A stretch of DNA of 64,000 nucleotides from the NCBI RefSeq assembly GCF_020745735.1, contig NW_026867592.1, forward strand, positions 62,001-126,000, in the 5' to 3' direction. Source of the DNA: Hemiscyllium ocellatum. Its lineage: Eukaryota. A model generated the notes under the pieces. That model saw only the letters and a list, made by a program, of their open reading frames with translations. It ran no database searches and was not told the origin of the DNA. Of this stretch, positions 1 through 12,705 are shown in pieces (position 1 is the stretch's first letter; each line of letters begins with the position of its first letter). The position numbers were made by a program, and so were the translations under genes.

Positions 1-229
1 AAAGAGGCTCAATTAGGTCATGTTTATCCAGATTAATCAAATGTGATACCAACTTGGTCTGTGGCCTGGTCCCATGAATGAAGTTGAAGAGCTCAATACC
101 AGATTAAATCTATGGTGCACAATGCCTAAGGCCAACAGGTCATTCCTGAGCAGGAAATGAAGCATTGAACACATTTTGATTTATTTTGAAAAAGGCTCGC
201 TGCATATTTTACCATGTTATTTTGAGACC

Positions 230-590
230 ACAAGATAGTAAGATATAGGAGCAGAATGAGGCAATTCGGCCAATCGAGTCTGCCCTACCATTCGATCGTG
301 ACTGATATGTTTCTCCACCCCATTCTCCAGCCTTCTCCATGTACTAACCTCTCTATTGCCATCTTAAGTACAGTCACTGACTTGGTCTCCATAACACTCT
401 GCAGCAACAAATTCCACACATACACCACCCACTGGCTGAAGAAATTCTTCCCCATCTCAGTTCCAAATGGTGCATCCTTTGACTCCGAGGATATGCCCTC
501 GTGTCCTATTCTAGCCTATTGGGCAAAAACATTCACTCCATGTTCACCCAATCTCGGTCTCTTACTATGATCTAACTTTCAAAGAAATAT
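230..590 (-). mobile_element. CR1-type LINE 3' fragment
   Basis: Typical shark CR1 3' end (ataggagcagaatgaggcaattcggcc...) with degenerate ORF2 C-terminal sequence; boundaries approximate. Confidence 0.55.
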
Positions 591-955
591 CTCTCTGACT
601 CTGTTACCCGGTCTCCCCACAAGAAACGCACCCCTCCCCCACCCCCAACCCCTTTATCCTTAAGGAAGTCACCAGGCACTCTAACTGCCTCTCCAAGTGT
701 GGTCAGCCAATATACTACTTTAAAAAAAAACTGTTAATCCAGCTCACTGTCTATATGTCTTCAATATGGAGGGAAACATGCGTTTCTGATTTGACATAAT
801 GTTGAATTATGAGCAATGCTAAACTAACACTCAAACTGAAATACTTGACACGTTTGTGAATGGGATGCTGCACACCTTAGTGCTGTTCACTCAGTTTGAT
901 AAATGTGTGTATCTGATTCACATCGTAGTTCAGAACTCTTGTATGTATGCCTTAC

Positions 956-1264
956 CCTGGGGTGTGGTGATGTTTTGACTTTGAGTGCTCTCTCCATGAG
1001 TGACCTGGCAGGTATACACTGCGCTGTTGAACCATTCACCATAAGGGACTGTCAGCCGACTCATCACCGAGAAGTTCCCATTCGCCTCACACACAGGAGA
1101 CGTGAAGACAACAGAATCCACGGATTGGCCATTTTTCAACCATGTCACGGAGATTTCCTTTGGATGGAAATCAGTGATTGAACAGACGATGGTTGCAAAC
1201 TTGCTGCTTGCGATTTCTTCACTGGGACTCACGGTGAGAAGGAGAGTTGGCTGGAGACGTGAAC
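956..1264 (-). CDS. IGHM: IgM heavy chain constant exon CH2
   Basis: C1-set domain (C)[45 protein letters not shown]...[20 protein letters not shown]; AG acceptor at 1266-1265, GTAAG donor at 955-951; 309 nt, phase 1 at both ends. Confidence 0.95.
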
Positions 1265-1539
1265 CTTCATGAAAAACATTGTATAAATTATCTGACAAAT
1301 TTGATAACAAATACATTCAGTTCTATTATAACAAAGTTAGTATGGTTAATAGATACTAACCTTGATACTAAAAGCATCATAATTGTGCAGAGTGCAATAG
1401 AAGCTGAGATCAACACAATACAATTGGCATGACGATGTGATAATGATAATGTAATGCTAAAATTAGAGGTCACAGCAAGGAAGTCAAGAGGCACAGAAAT
1501 GATAGGTCAGTTAAATCAGAGGGTGAGATAGTAAGGTTG

Positions 1540-1870
1540 GATGGTATTCATTTCAATGAAACGAGTATGATAAACAAGGCAGATGAGTTAACGGCATAAA
1601 GGAGGAAGTGTTGATATCGTGGAGACATGTTGAGAGAGGGGCATAAGTGACAGTTCAATATTCCAAATATAATGCCTTCAAGCGAGACAGGGAAAGATGT
1701 AGAAGGGAGGGAAAGATTGTTGATGTTCACCAGTGTGAGGGAATATTGGATATAGAAAACATAGAGAAGTGTTGTGATGTTTTTTTTCAGGAATTAGAAC
1801 AGATGATGTGATATGCTGTCTTGCTGGATGAAAATAGTTATATTTTAGGGCAGATAAAATGCGTGCAGGC
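1540..1870 (+). mobile_element. Degenerate CR1 ORF2 endonuclease-region fragment
   Basis: Relic of the N-A-R-S-I-x-N-K-x-D-E-L motif (ttcaatgaaacgagtatgataaacaaggcagatgagtta); frameshifted. Confidence 0.45.
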
Positions 1871-2059
1871 AAAGGATGAAATAGTGTGTCTCTGGCAATA
1901 ATTTACAATTCCTGGCCACAGGGGATATGGCAAAACTGCCAGTGTGGTATTGTTATGCAGGACGGATGAAGGGAAAAACAATGAAACCACAGGCTCGGCT
2001 CAGGCTAGCCTCAATGGTAGGGAAGACATTGTAACTATGGAGAGGGGAATTAACCTTCA

Positions 2060-3245
2060 TCTGCAAGATTAATCAACAATTCTCAGCACGATTGTGACGG
2101 GAAATCATGTCTGAGCAATTTGATGGTAGTTTTCGAAGAAATATGTCGATATCCAGATGATAGTAAAGATCAGAGCCAGTTGAGATCAAGTCAATTTGAC
2201 GAACTGAATCCTGAGTTGTGAAGTGCAGAGGATAATGGTCATAGGATGTTTGTGTGGTTGGAAGTATATGTCTAGTGGTGTTCTGCAGGATTCAGTGTTG
2301 ATTTATTGATGCCTCTATTATGTAAAAATGATTTAGAATATACTGCAGGAGATTTGGCTAGTAAGTTCACAGATAAAGCGAAAATTGCCGTGTTGGCAAG
2401 TAGTCAGCATGGTAGCTTTAGATTGCAGCAAGATACAGAAGGGTTGGCCACTTGCGCTGAGAAATGGCAAATTGAAATCATTCTGGATAAGTGTAAGGTG
2501 ATGCACTTGGTCAGAAGAAACTATGAGGTATTATGTTTTGAATGGTGGAACCCTGAAAAGGATTGCATGCCCATCGATCCCTCGTAGTATAGCGGCAGGT
2601 GGATAAATCGGCTAAGAATGTGTGAAGCGTATTTGCTTTTATGAGCCAAGACATTAACTTTAGGTGTTGGGAGATGATACTGGAAATTAATGAAACAATG
2701 GTTAAGCCAGACATGAAGCATCGTGTGTAGTATAGGACTGCATGTTATGGAAGGAATGTGATTAGACAGAAGGCAGCATTGCTGAGATTTTCCAGGATTT
2801 TTCTGGGCTGGAAGTTTTTAATTATGAAATGTGATGAACCAAATTGGGGTTTTCCTCGGAGCAGAGAAGGTTGAGAGAGAAGATTATTGTGATGTCTGGA
2901 ATTATGGTAGACATACACAGAGTAAACAGAACAAAACCTTTCCCCTTAATGGATGGAACAACGTCTCAAGGGCATAGGGTTAAGGTGAGGACAGGAGGAT
3001 ATCGGGGAAAACAAAATCACACAGACGGTGTGAGTCTGCAGCTCAGTGCCAGTAAGTCATGTTGAGGCTGAGCCCCGCATAATATGTGAGAAATATTTAG
3101 ATGCAAATAAGAAATGCCAAGTCACACAAAGCAATGGATCAATTGTGGACATATTGAACTGGAATACTTAGGGGGCTGTTATTGATTGGTTTGGACTGGA
3201 TGGGCCGAACGAACTTTTCCTGTGCTTTACATCTCTATGACTATG
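2060..3245 (+). mobile_element. Degenerate CR1 RT and 3' fragment
   Basis: SKFTDKAKI (KFADD-type) and KCKVMHL motifs in ORF 2306-2587; CR1-like 3' tail near 3190-3245. Confidence 0.6.
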
Positions 3246-3321
3246 TCAAATGTATTATAACTGATGACCTATTAATGTTAACTACAGATGTGCTGTTCAC
3301 CTCAGTTCCCACAAGACTTAC

Positions 3322-3621
3322 ATGGCATTCCAGTGCTCTGCTTTGACCCGCTGTGTTGAACCTCACAGGAGATGTTGCTGCAATCTGCTTCAGACTCAGG
3401 CAGGGTTAACTGGCTGCTCAGGGTGTAAGTTCCCTTCTTGTTTCTCACGGATGGATAAGTCTTCAATGCAGTCGTGATTGTCTCCCCACCTTTCTTCCAA
3501 GTCACGTTGGTAACGTCAGGGGAATAGTCCATGGCCAAACAACCAAAGATCACAGAACCGTCAGCATTGTGTTGCTGACAGGAGGAGACAAGTCCATAAA
3601 GTGTGGGAGGAGATACAGTCT
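3322..3621 (-). CDS. IGHM: IgM heavy chain constant exon CH1
   Basis: (E)[43 protein letters not shown]...[17 protein letters not shown]...[17 protein letters not shown]; AG at 3623-3622, GTAAG donor from 3321; 300 nt, phase 1/1, in frame with JH and CH2; resembles shark mu CH1. Confidence 0.95.
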
Positions 3622-4694
3622 CTAGGATAGAATGAACAATTGAGCAAGTCAGTTTCTGTTAATTCGACCTTATTGGTTCCCCAAATGTTTCCTCAGCTGT
3701 AAATGTATACCAGTGTGTTCCTGCTAAAATCTTCAGCATACTTTGAGTGTAATTTTGCTTCCAATCAGTCGTTGATCATCACCTATTGGTTCCCTCTTCA
3801 GAAACATGCCCTCGACCTTGACAATGACTATATAACTTAGAAATAAGAACACTCTGATCCCACAAAAAGTAACTGTTAGAAAATCTCATCAACTAACACT
3901 TTCATTGGATTGCAGGTGACGAGCAGAGACGTTTCACAAAATGCAAACCAAGAAAACGTGGAAGTTGGAATTGGAAATGAAAACTGAAGTTACTGGAGAA
4001 ACCCAACAACTGGCAGCATCTGTGGAGAGAAACCAGAGTGAACGTTTCGAGTCCAGTATCCCTTCGTCGCTTATCAATGTCAATCAGAATCTACTCTCTC
4101 TAAAGAAGGCAGTTGCAGGGCACTGGGACTGAGAGAATGTCTGTCACAGCTGATATCATGCTCATTATCTGGAAGCTCAATGATCGACTTCACAATTATC
4201 TGAATTCTGAAGGACTCTGAAACATAGAGGACCATTAAGGTTCAGAGACTTTGGAGTGTGACAGCTAGCTGAACTGAGCATTTACGTGAAAATGATTTGA
4301 GAAATGAACAAGTACTCTTTTACTTCAATAACTATCAAACTTACAAGCAGTTCATGGTAAAACTCTAATCTCTCAGACTAACCACCGCTCTGACTCTCTG
4401 TCTCAACCTCAATTTTCACTCACATTGACAACCCCTACACTGTTACACGCTCATTCACCCTCGGAACACTCGAGCCTCATCACAAGAGATAACACACATT
4501 CAAGGCAATCCATATTCCAGACGAGAATGTAATCTCGATTCCTTTCACTCAATTCCACTCCTGCTACACTGCATCTGGTTCGTGGTGAATCTAGTCCTGA
4601 CACCAGACTTTTCACAGCCCCTGACAGGATGCCACTTCCCCAGATATGACCTCAGACCTTCACCACTGACCTCTCATCTCACCCAAGTCAACCT

Positions 4695-5306
4695 GTGCAC
4701 ATTGCACCCTAGCTGAAAATGTGTTGCTGGAAAAGCGCAGCAGGTCAGGCAGCATCCAAGGAGCAGGGGAGTCGACGTTTCGGACATGAGCCCTTCTTCA
4801 GGAATGAGGAGAATGTACCAAGCAGGCTAAGATAAAAAAGTAGGGAGGTGGGACTTGGTGGAGGGGCGTTGGAAACGCGATAAGTGGAAGGAGGTCAAGG
4901 AGACGGTGACAGGCCTGAGTGGGGGTGGGGGTGGAGAGGTCAGGAAGAAGATTGCAGGTTAGGAAGGTGGTGCTGAGTTCGAGGGTTCGGACTGAGACAA
5001 GGTGGGGGGAGGGGAAATGAGGAAACTGGAGAAATCTGAGTTCATCCCTTGTGGTTGGAGGGTTCCTAGGCGGAAGATGAGGTGCTCTTCCTCCAGCCGT
5101 CGTGTTGCTATGGTCTGGCGGGGGAGGAGTCCAAGGACCTGCATGTCCTTGGTGGAGTTGGAGGGGGAGTTGGAGTGTTGAGCCACGGGGTGGTTGGGTT
5201 GGTTGGTCCGGGTGTCCCAGAGGTGTTACCTGAAACGTTCCGTGAGTAGGCGGCCAGTCTCCCCAATATAGAGGAGGCCACATCGGGTGCAGCGGATGCA
5301 GTAAAT
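4695..5306 (-). mobile_element. Penelope-like element 3' fragment (GIY-YIG relic plus hammerhead-containing tail)
   Basis: YCIRCTRCGLLYIGETGRLLTERFR*HL and RRLEEEHLIFRLGTLQP peptides with a stop and frameshifts; CUGAAGA/GAAA core at 4770-4805. Confidence 0.75.
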
Positions 5307-5429
5307 TTTTTCCACACTGCATCCTAGCTCTGTTCCCATCTGCCCTACGTCACACTCCAAGCTTTACATTTTGACATCATATCCACTTGCCACATCAGTA
5401 CAGCGCCCTTGTGTCCCCAAAACAGCCCA

Positions 5430-6062
5430 GCCGATCAACTAACCTTCCCGACACCCTGCCCACCTCTTAACTAACCAACCCGGCAGCCTGCCCAGCTTTC
5501 AGCTAGAGAGTCTGACACCTTGACAACCTCTAAACTAGCTAATCTGACTCACTTCTAAGATCTCAACTAACCAGTTCAACACCCTGCCAAATTCTCAACT
5601 AACTAGCTTGACACGCTGCCCAAGTCTTAGCTAACCAAGGAGCCACACTGCCTCCTCTCAATTAACCAACCCGACAGACTGCTCACCTCTCAACTAACCA
5701 GTCCAACACACTGCCCACCTCTTAAATAACCAGTCTGAGACCCTGCCATCCTCTCGATTAACCAGTCTGACACCCTGCCAACCTCTTAACTAACCAGCCC
5801 GACAGTCTGCACATCTCTCAACTAACCAGTCTGATGTCCTGCCAATGTCTGAACTAACCAGTCTGACACCTGTTTATCACTCAAATAACCAACCTGACTC
5901 CCTCCCCACATCACAACCGACCAGCCTTGCACACTGTTGACCTCTCAACAAATTGGCCTGGCACCCTGCCCACCTCCAACTAACCAGCCCCGCATCCTCC
6001 TCAGCTCTCAACTAGCCAGCCCTGCAGCCTGCTGGCCACTCAATTAACCATCTTGGCACCAG
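5430..6062. repeat. 32-bp degenerate minisatellite, about 20 units
   Basis: taacc register recurs every 31-32 nt (5663, 5695, 5727, 5759, 5791, 5823, 5855); consensus about caactaaccagtctgacaccctgccaacctct. Confidence 0.9.
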
Positions 6063-6302
6063 GGAGACACCCTGCATTGCTGCTCAAACGACCCCTCACC
6101 AACCAAGCACAATGCGACCAAGTTATTTCCTTGTGACCATTATGATTTGCTTTGATGCCAGCCTGCCAGACTAGGTGCATGCAAGCTTACTGAGCAGCCA
6201 CCCAACATCTCACGGCCTATCAGCTCAAAATCTACCACATCACCAACCTATCTTCTCACTAGATCTGCAGCTTCCAACTTTCAGCGTACTCCACATTAAA
6301 TC

Positions 6303-6930
6303 AGAGATTTAGAGAGTCATATAACACAGAAACAGGCCCTTCAGCCCAGCTCGACCATGACAACCAAGGTTCCCAAATTAAACAAATTCCATTGTGTTTC
6401 ATTTGACCCATATCTATCCAGATCTAATCAGTTCCTGCACCTGTCCAAATGTATTGGAAATATTGTAACTGGATCTGCATTTGTCACTTCCTCCAGCAGT
6501 TCATTCCAATGTCAGGTACAGTTGCAACACAAAATCCCAACCTTTATACTCAATGCTCTGTGCAATGAGGACACAATTTACAAACACATTCTTCAACACG
6601 CCAGCTACTTGAGAAACCACTTTCAACAATATATGTATCTGATCCCTCAGGTCACTGTGTTCGACAAAGCTATCCATTGCCATATAATTAACTCTTAATG
6701 ATCAATGTTCCTGAATCACAACCCAGTGCACTACCATTCATTTTAAGTTGTGACCTGATTTCTCTTCCCAAAATACAATGAGTCATATTCAGTTGAATCT
6801 GAACTCTATTTGTACCCTCCTCTGCCCATTGGCCCAGCTGATCATGATCTCGTTGTACTTTTAGATAACCTTTATTGTCAATTATACAAACAATTTTGCT
6901 TTCATGTGCAAACTAAACAACCATGCCCCA
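6303..6930 (-). mobile_element. CR1 3' fragments, degenerate and interrupted
   Basis: agagtcatataacacagaaacaggcccttcagccc tail pattern and CR1 ORF2 relics. Confidence 0.45.
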
Positions 6931-9264
6931 TTTAATGGTTTCACAATTTTTAATCAACATTGCACATGGTTCACCTTTTTCCCCCACATACCTATTGTTT
7001 CCTTCAACACTTGAAAAAACTATCACCTTCATGAAATCATTTGATGTTTTGACCTCAACCCCTTTCTGTGACAGAGAAATCCAAAGGTTCATTCTTTAGT
7101 TAAACAGTACACAAAAGGATTCAACCTTATCATCTGTGGGTAAGACTGTTGACTGTTCCTCCAAACGTCACTACATTTTGACTTGCAATTCGTTCATTGC
7201 CCCTTTACTCTTTCTAGGTCATAGCCATGGAACTCGCTTCCTGACAGAGCTGTGAAAATGTGAATACCACACAAATGTCAGAAAGTGAAGGAGGCCAAAG
7301 TCGACTGATCCCTCAAGGAGACGTAAAATGCCTAACATTTCCACGCCTATCTACAGATGCAAATAACTACTAGAAAAAGTGAAGATGATTCTGGCGCCTG
7401 TGTGTCCACACAAAGATGACGTGCTTAATAGTTTCACTTTGTGTCGTTTGATTGTATTTCCAGTGAACTACTTCTTACTCATTTAATGGACAAGAAGCTT
7501 TCCTCATTTTTAGCACGGCAATCATACTTTATACTTCCCTGGAATAAAGATATATAATGTTCAATTAAAGGGATCTGACGATTGGGATGATTGGGTTGGA
7601 AATTGTCAGAAACTAAAAACTTGTTTTCACGAGCAATTAATTACAACCTCATTTGTCACATTACATACTCACACAAATGCCTTTCAGAAATAGTGTCTCC
7701 CTCTGTTATGTGCAGTTGAATCATTAAATCTGATTCAATAATTCTATACAGCAGCCATTGCCCTCTGGAACAGGTTGTTACTTCATCATACAGTTTCTTC
7801 TGAAATTATGGCTCTACATGAGATCATTCACTTTCAACGATGACCTGCTATTAAATATTTCTGAAAATTCACAATTTGGTAAAACATATTTTGTCTCTGA
7901 ACAACTTGTTTCCTAAAAAGGGCTTCATTTTTAAATGAAACAACAAACTTTGAATGCTAGAAATCCGAAATAAAAACAGAATTCTCTGAAGAAAATCGGC
8001 AGGTCTGGCAGCTCTTGTGGAGAGAAAGGAAGCTTAACATTTCAAGTGCAGTGATCCTTCTTCAGCAAATTGTTTTCATATTCTCCCGCACGAGAACTTA
8101 TACCTATTGGGTTAGACAGTGATTAAGTTTACCTGACTTCTGTTGGAAAAGCACTATAAGAAGATGCACTGGGTGATCTGAGATATCCATTGAAGACTAG
8201 TTGAAAAGCTACCACCAAAGTGTTGGATTCAACCAAAATCCCACTGGACTGAACAGTCAAATTCAGTCACAGTAATGGTTTGATACAAACGAAAACTGCT
8301 CCGACTTAATATCATCAAATATGCTTTGGAAATAATTAATTGTGGTTTAGTTATAAATGGTATTGATAGAACAGCAAGTCAAGATCCCGAATTTCTTTGA
8401 GGAATTACACTATTAACTCAACAAACAATTCCTAAAAGCCTGTGAACGAACATTGATTTGAAAAAGGCTGCAAACCGCAAACTTCTGTCTAATACCCGAG
8501 GCCCAAGTCTGGACAGCTTTTAAATCGATTTCACAGGCCCCTGTGAGTGGACTTCCAATAATACTCAAAGAATTCAATGTGTTTTCCCCAGAAATAGCTG
8601 GATAAGACATGGTATTACATTCCTCACTAACACGTTGTAAATGTACACAATACATATGTCTCAGAGACAGAGACACTACCACTACATTATACCAGATCTG
8701 AACACAATCTCCCACATCACAGACCACCGGTTTGAGAGTGCTCAAATTTGTTAATAATTAACCCAGGATTTCAGCAACCAGGGATTGTTACAAAATGCTT
8801 ACCCGATGAAAGTAGCATTTCAACAATTATCCAAGAATGATTTGATAGCAATTCTGAATTGTTCAAGCTCTATGGGAACTATAGAGGAATAAAACTAGGA
8901 TTTGCGCTGCCATAAATTTACTGTCACTGGATTTCAACTGAGAACTCCCTTCCTCTTACCCTGTGTATGTTGCTGCACCAGATGGTCTGCTTAGCTTGAA
9001 ATAGATTAGAGTCTTTAGAAGTGTAACATCACCTCTACCAGTAACATTACATGCTGACAATAAGTTCTTAATAATTCGATTCTACATTGTGCCACTAAAT
9101 GTGTCACGGACAAGAGAGGCACAAAGAAAATATACAGTATATTTCCCTCTGTCTCACTGAATGATATATCCTTCATTGCTAACAACTGACTTCAGGGTCT
9201 TACAACTTGACTTTTGTTACTGAAGTGTTTATTCTGATTGTAACATTTCAGTCAGGTCTCTCAA

Positions 9265-9385
9265 TTCTGTGGTGACTAACTTCTGGCAGACAAAAGTGGT
9301 TTCGAAGCACCACATGACATTGAACTGTCTGAGACACAGGTGTCTGAACTGGTCGATTTACAACTGGTCAGGAACAGCTGACAAC
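9265..9385. promoter_or_regulatory. Candidate IgH intronic enhancer motif cluster
   Basis: TGTGGT 9268-9273; ACCACA 9309-9314 overlapping CCACATGAC (muE3 core GTCATGTGG on minus) 9310-9318; CAGGTG 9337-9342; CAACTG 9361-9366; CAGCTG 9375-9380. Motif evidence only. Confidence 0.35.
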
Positions 9386-10126
9386 TCGGTCGAGATAACA
9401 CGGGAACACACCGTAAAACAGTTCTGATCTGAACAGATATATCTGCTCAATTCGTCACATCAAATGTATTCACTGTAATTTAACTTTCATGATAGGGACT
9501 AGCCAGAGAGAAAGCATCAATGCTTCTCAGAACGTTTTCACAATGAAGTAAGATTCCCTACTGATTTAATAAACTCAATAGTGATTGTAAATAAGAAACT
9601 TATTGACGTGTACCATTTCGCCAATTGAAGCACAGTTCCGAGGGAAATAGAAAATTCTCCAAATTATTTCTGCATATTCTTAAAATATTTCTTGAACTTT
9701 GGAAATTTTGCACACACTGCTCAAACCCAATACTGCATTCCATTGTGTAAATGCATATCTGATAGATACATTAGGGCAAGTATTTACTCTCAGATGTGCT
9801 TGGTAATGGCAAGTTATTTTCCTTGATCGCTCTTTCTAATGAACGATTTTTTTAAAAAAAAGAAAGTGTATGAATTGAAAACAGTTTCTGTCTGCATTCA
9901 CTGCTTTAACTGATGTCGAAATAAATGATCATCAATACTCAACTAATATGAGCAATCTCATTCAGATTGTTACATTACAGAAATCGCACCAGTATATTAA
10001 TTGAAGTAAATATTACTCTGTTCTCAGTGTTTAAATAAGCAATGTGCTCTACTACCCTCCAGTTCCTGTCTTCTCTAAACATGTGAATTCTTCTTCTGTC
10101 GGAAAGCATAGGCATAAAAGACAAAA

Positions 10127-10420
10127 GGGTGGCACGGTGGCTCAGTGGTCAGCACTGCTGCCTCACAGTGCTACGGAATCCGGATTCAACTCCCACCTCG
10201 GGCAACAGTCTGTGGGAAGTTTGCAGATACCCCCGTGTCTGGGTGGGATTCTTGCGGATGCTCCCGTTTCCTCCCACAGTCCAAAGATGGGTAGGCTAGG
10301 TGAATTGGCCAAGCTAAATTGCCGATACTGCCCGGGGTGAATGTACCTGGGCAGGTGTTTTGAGGAGGGTCAATTTGGACTTATTGGGCCGAAAGGAATA
10401 CTGTAGGGAATCTTAAAATC
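10127..10420 (+). mobile_element. tRNA-derived SINE (HE1/V-SINE-like), diverged
   Basis: Head ggtggcacggtggctcagtggtcagcactgctgcctcacag with A box and degenerate B box; same family as 55589 and 61817. Confidence 0.75.
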
Positions 10421-12657
10421 TCCGATTTTGTATCATTTGTTCCCATGGTGCGTTGATGATGGATTATTTTAATTAATTCGAAATCTAGTCTTGATGGCAT
10501 TATCCACTTCAGCAGTTGTTACCGAATGGATGACTATTCCGTTGATATGTTGTTGCAAAATGTATCTATTTACTTAAAACACACGGATTGGGAACATCTA
10601 AAGCACTGCGTGGATTAAATCACTCAGTTAATGTTACATTATTATTCATGTAAATCTAATTTAAGCAAAGGTACAACAATTAATTATTTAAAGTTAAAAT
10701 GAAAACCTGATCAATTCAGTGAAAGCAATCTACTCTGCATCGAAACATTTGGAGCAATGATCTTACTAGCAAGGAAACTTGTGTGTAGGGTACAGCGGAA
10801 ATGAAAGAAAATTCTTCATTAATGATATCACAGTAATGACACTTTTGCTCAATAACAAGAAAAAATAGAACATAATATTTCTGAAATTCTATTTATATTT
10901 CTTGAGACTTGCAAACTATTTGAAGACAGACTTTGCAATCTAAATAGAAAGTTGAGTTCTGTGTTTGGAATTTAAGGATTGGATTAGATTAGTCCTGAAT
11001 TATTACTTTCAAATAAAAATCGCGCCCTAAGGTATCTGTTTTCCCTTCATTTCCAAACCCTTTGCGATTTGCCTTTCACTTAATATTAGCTTTATGAAAG
11101 TTCAACTCCAATGCTGATGGCATTGAATGTGGAAACTGCAGCGGTTCACTGTCACCAACCATGCAAATATTTCAAAAGCAATGTAGAGACTAAAAACAGC
11201 TTTACCAATATAACAAACTTAATTTTACCTAATCACATTCTCTCCTCAACTGAATAACGATTACCAAATCACAACACTGAGGATCAATGATGTGTTTGCA
11301 GCAAAACTGTTTTACTGCAAACATTTTCAACAGAACCAAGAACATAATGTAACCTCACAAAAAAATCTCAAATTGTAATCCATCAAAGCTGCTCGCCATC
11401 ACACAAGCGAATGATTAAAAATAGAAATAAAAAGTCATAACAGCTGCCATGGTTCTGAGATAACTTATTGAACAACACTTAAAGCTTTAAGATTTTCGAC
11501 AACAACTCAATGTATTATCAACCCACATAGTTTTTCTGAACATGTCAATCTTGTGCAGTGCACAGTAGAGCAGCTGAAGGCATCTATTGATTAATCGCCT
11601 TCAGGTCAAAATAAAATTAGTTCAATGGACAAACATTGCTCCATTATAATTGAATGTTATGATAATTTAGTCTCAATTACGAAATCTGATCCATTTGGCA
11701 GTTTAAGATTTTAGACCCAAATTTTATTTTGAATGAGGCTACTCGAAACAGACTTTAACTCGTTTACAATTAGAACTGAGATGTATTTATTTAAAAAAAA
11801 TACCCGAAAAAGTCGTCTTTTTTTTAAATTTCCAACACTTCCGTGTTTCTGCCTTAAGTTGGTCTTCAGACAGTTACAAACGGATATAGTGTTTTCAATC
11901 AGTCAGAAAAAAAGTATTGCCACGAGTTTAACAAATGCAGAAACGATTCAGTAAAAAGAACTTCACAAAAGAGACAATCTCTTTTACTGATAGAAAACAC
12001 CAATTACTGAAAGTATGAAAACGCAGTTCAATTCCACAAGTTGAATCAACTCAATTCAACAGAATCAAATAAAGCAAAGTCAGAACCCAATCAACGTTTC
12101 AACAGAAGCAAATAAAACACATTCAGCATCCAATCAAAAGAATGAAATGTGGCACCGCAAGAAAAATTCATGGCAATATCTAACGTTCTTGCACTCAACA
12201 AAATTTACAAATTAAATGACAAAATGCAATCTTGGTAAGAACATTATGTACACAGGGAATAAATCAATAATGATATTTTAGCATATATTGGTCCTGTCTG
12301 GTAATATTTCGTACATCTTTACGTCCTTAGCATTTGTTGTCGACAATAAAACTCACAGATAATGGGTGTTACTGACATTAAACATTGTTTAGACCACACT
12401 GATTAAGGTATGTCATGCAAACCAGCCACACAGAATGCACATCTGATTAAAACAAAAGATGCACTGAGCATCTGAATCCATCACCACCACTTTCATTACT
12501 TTCTGAGACTTAATGTAAGTCTATTGTCAGTTTTAACATAAATCAAACGGAAACAAATCAAGGCTCAGCACAGACTCTGAGTTTCAGTTAATTCAGTAAT
12601 TATTCACATGAGCAGAATGTTAATAAAAAAAGACCCTAAGAAAGTTCACGTCCTTAC

Positions 12658-12705
12658 CTGAAGTCACCGTCACCATGGTCCCTTGACCCCAGTAACCAAG
12701 ATAGT
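12658..12705 (-). CDS. IGHJ: IgH joining segment JH (YLGYWGQGTMVTVTS)
   Basis: WGQG motif; GTAAGG donor at 12657-12652, phase 1. Confidence 0.95.

Noticed and set aside
3101-3108. Octamer ATGCAAAT in the CH1-CH2 intron
   Set aside because: Lies inside a decayed CR1 3' region with no supporting motifs
5430-6062. CRISPR-like periodicity
   Set aside because: Contiguous degenerate units with no unique spacers, in a vertebrate genome
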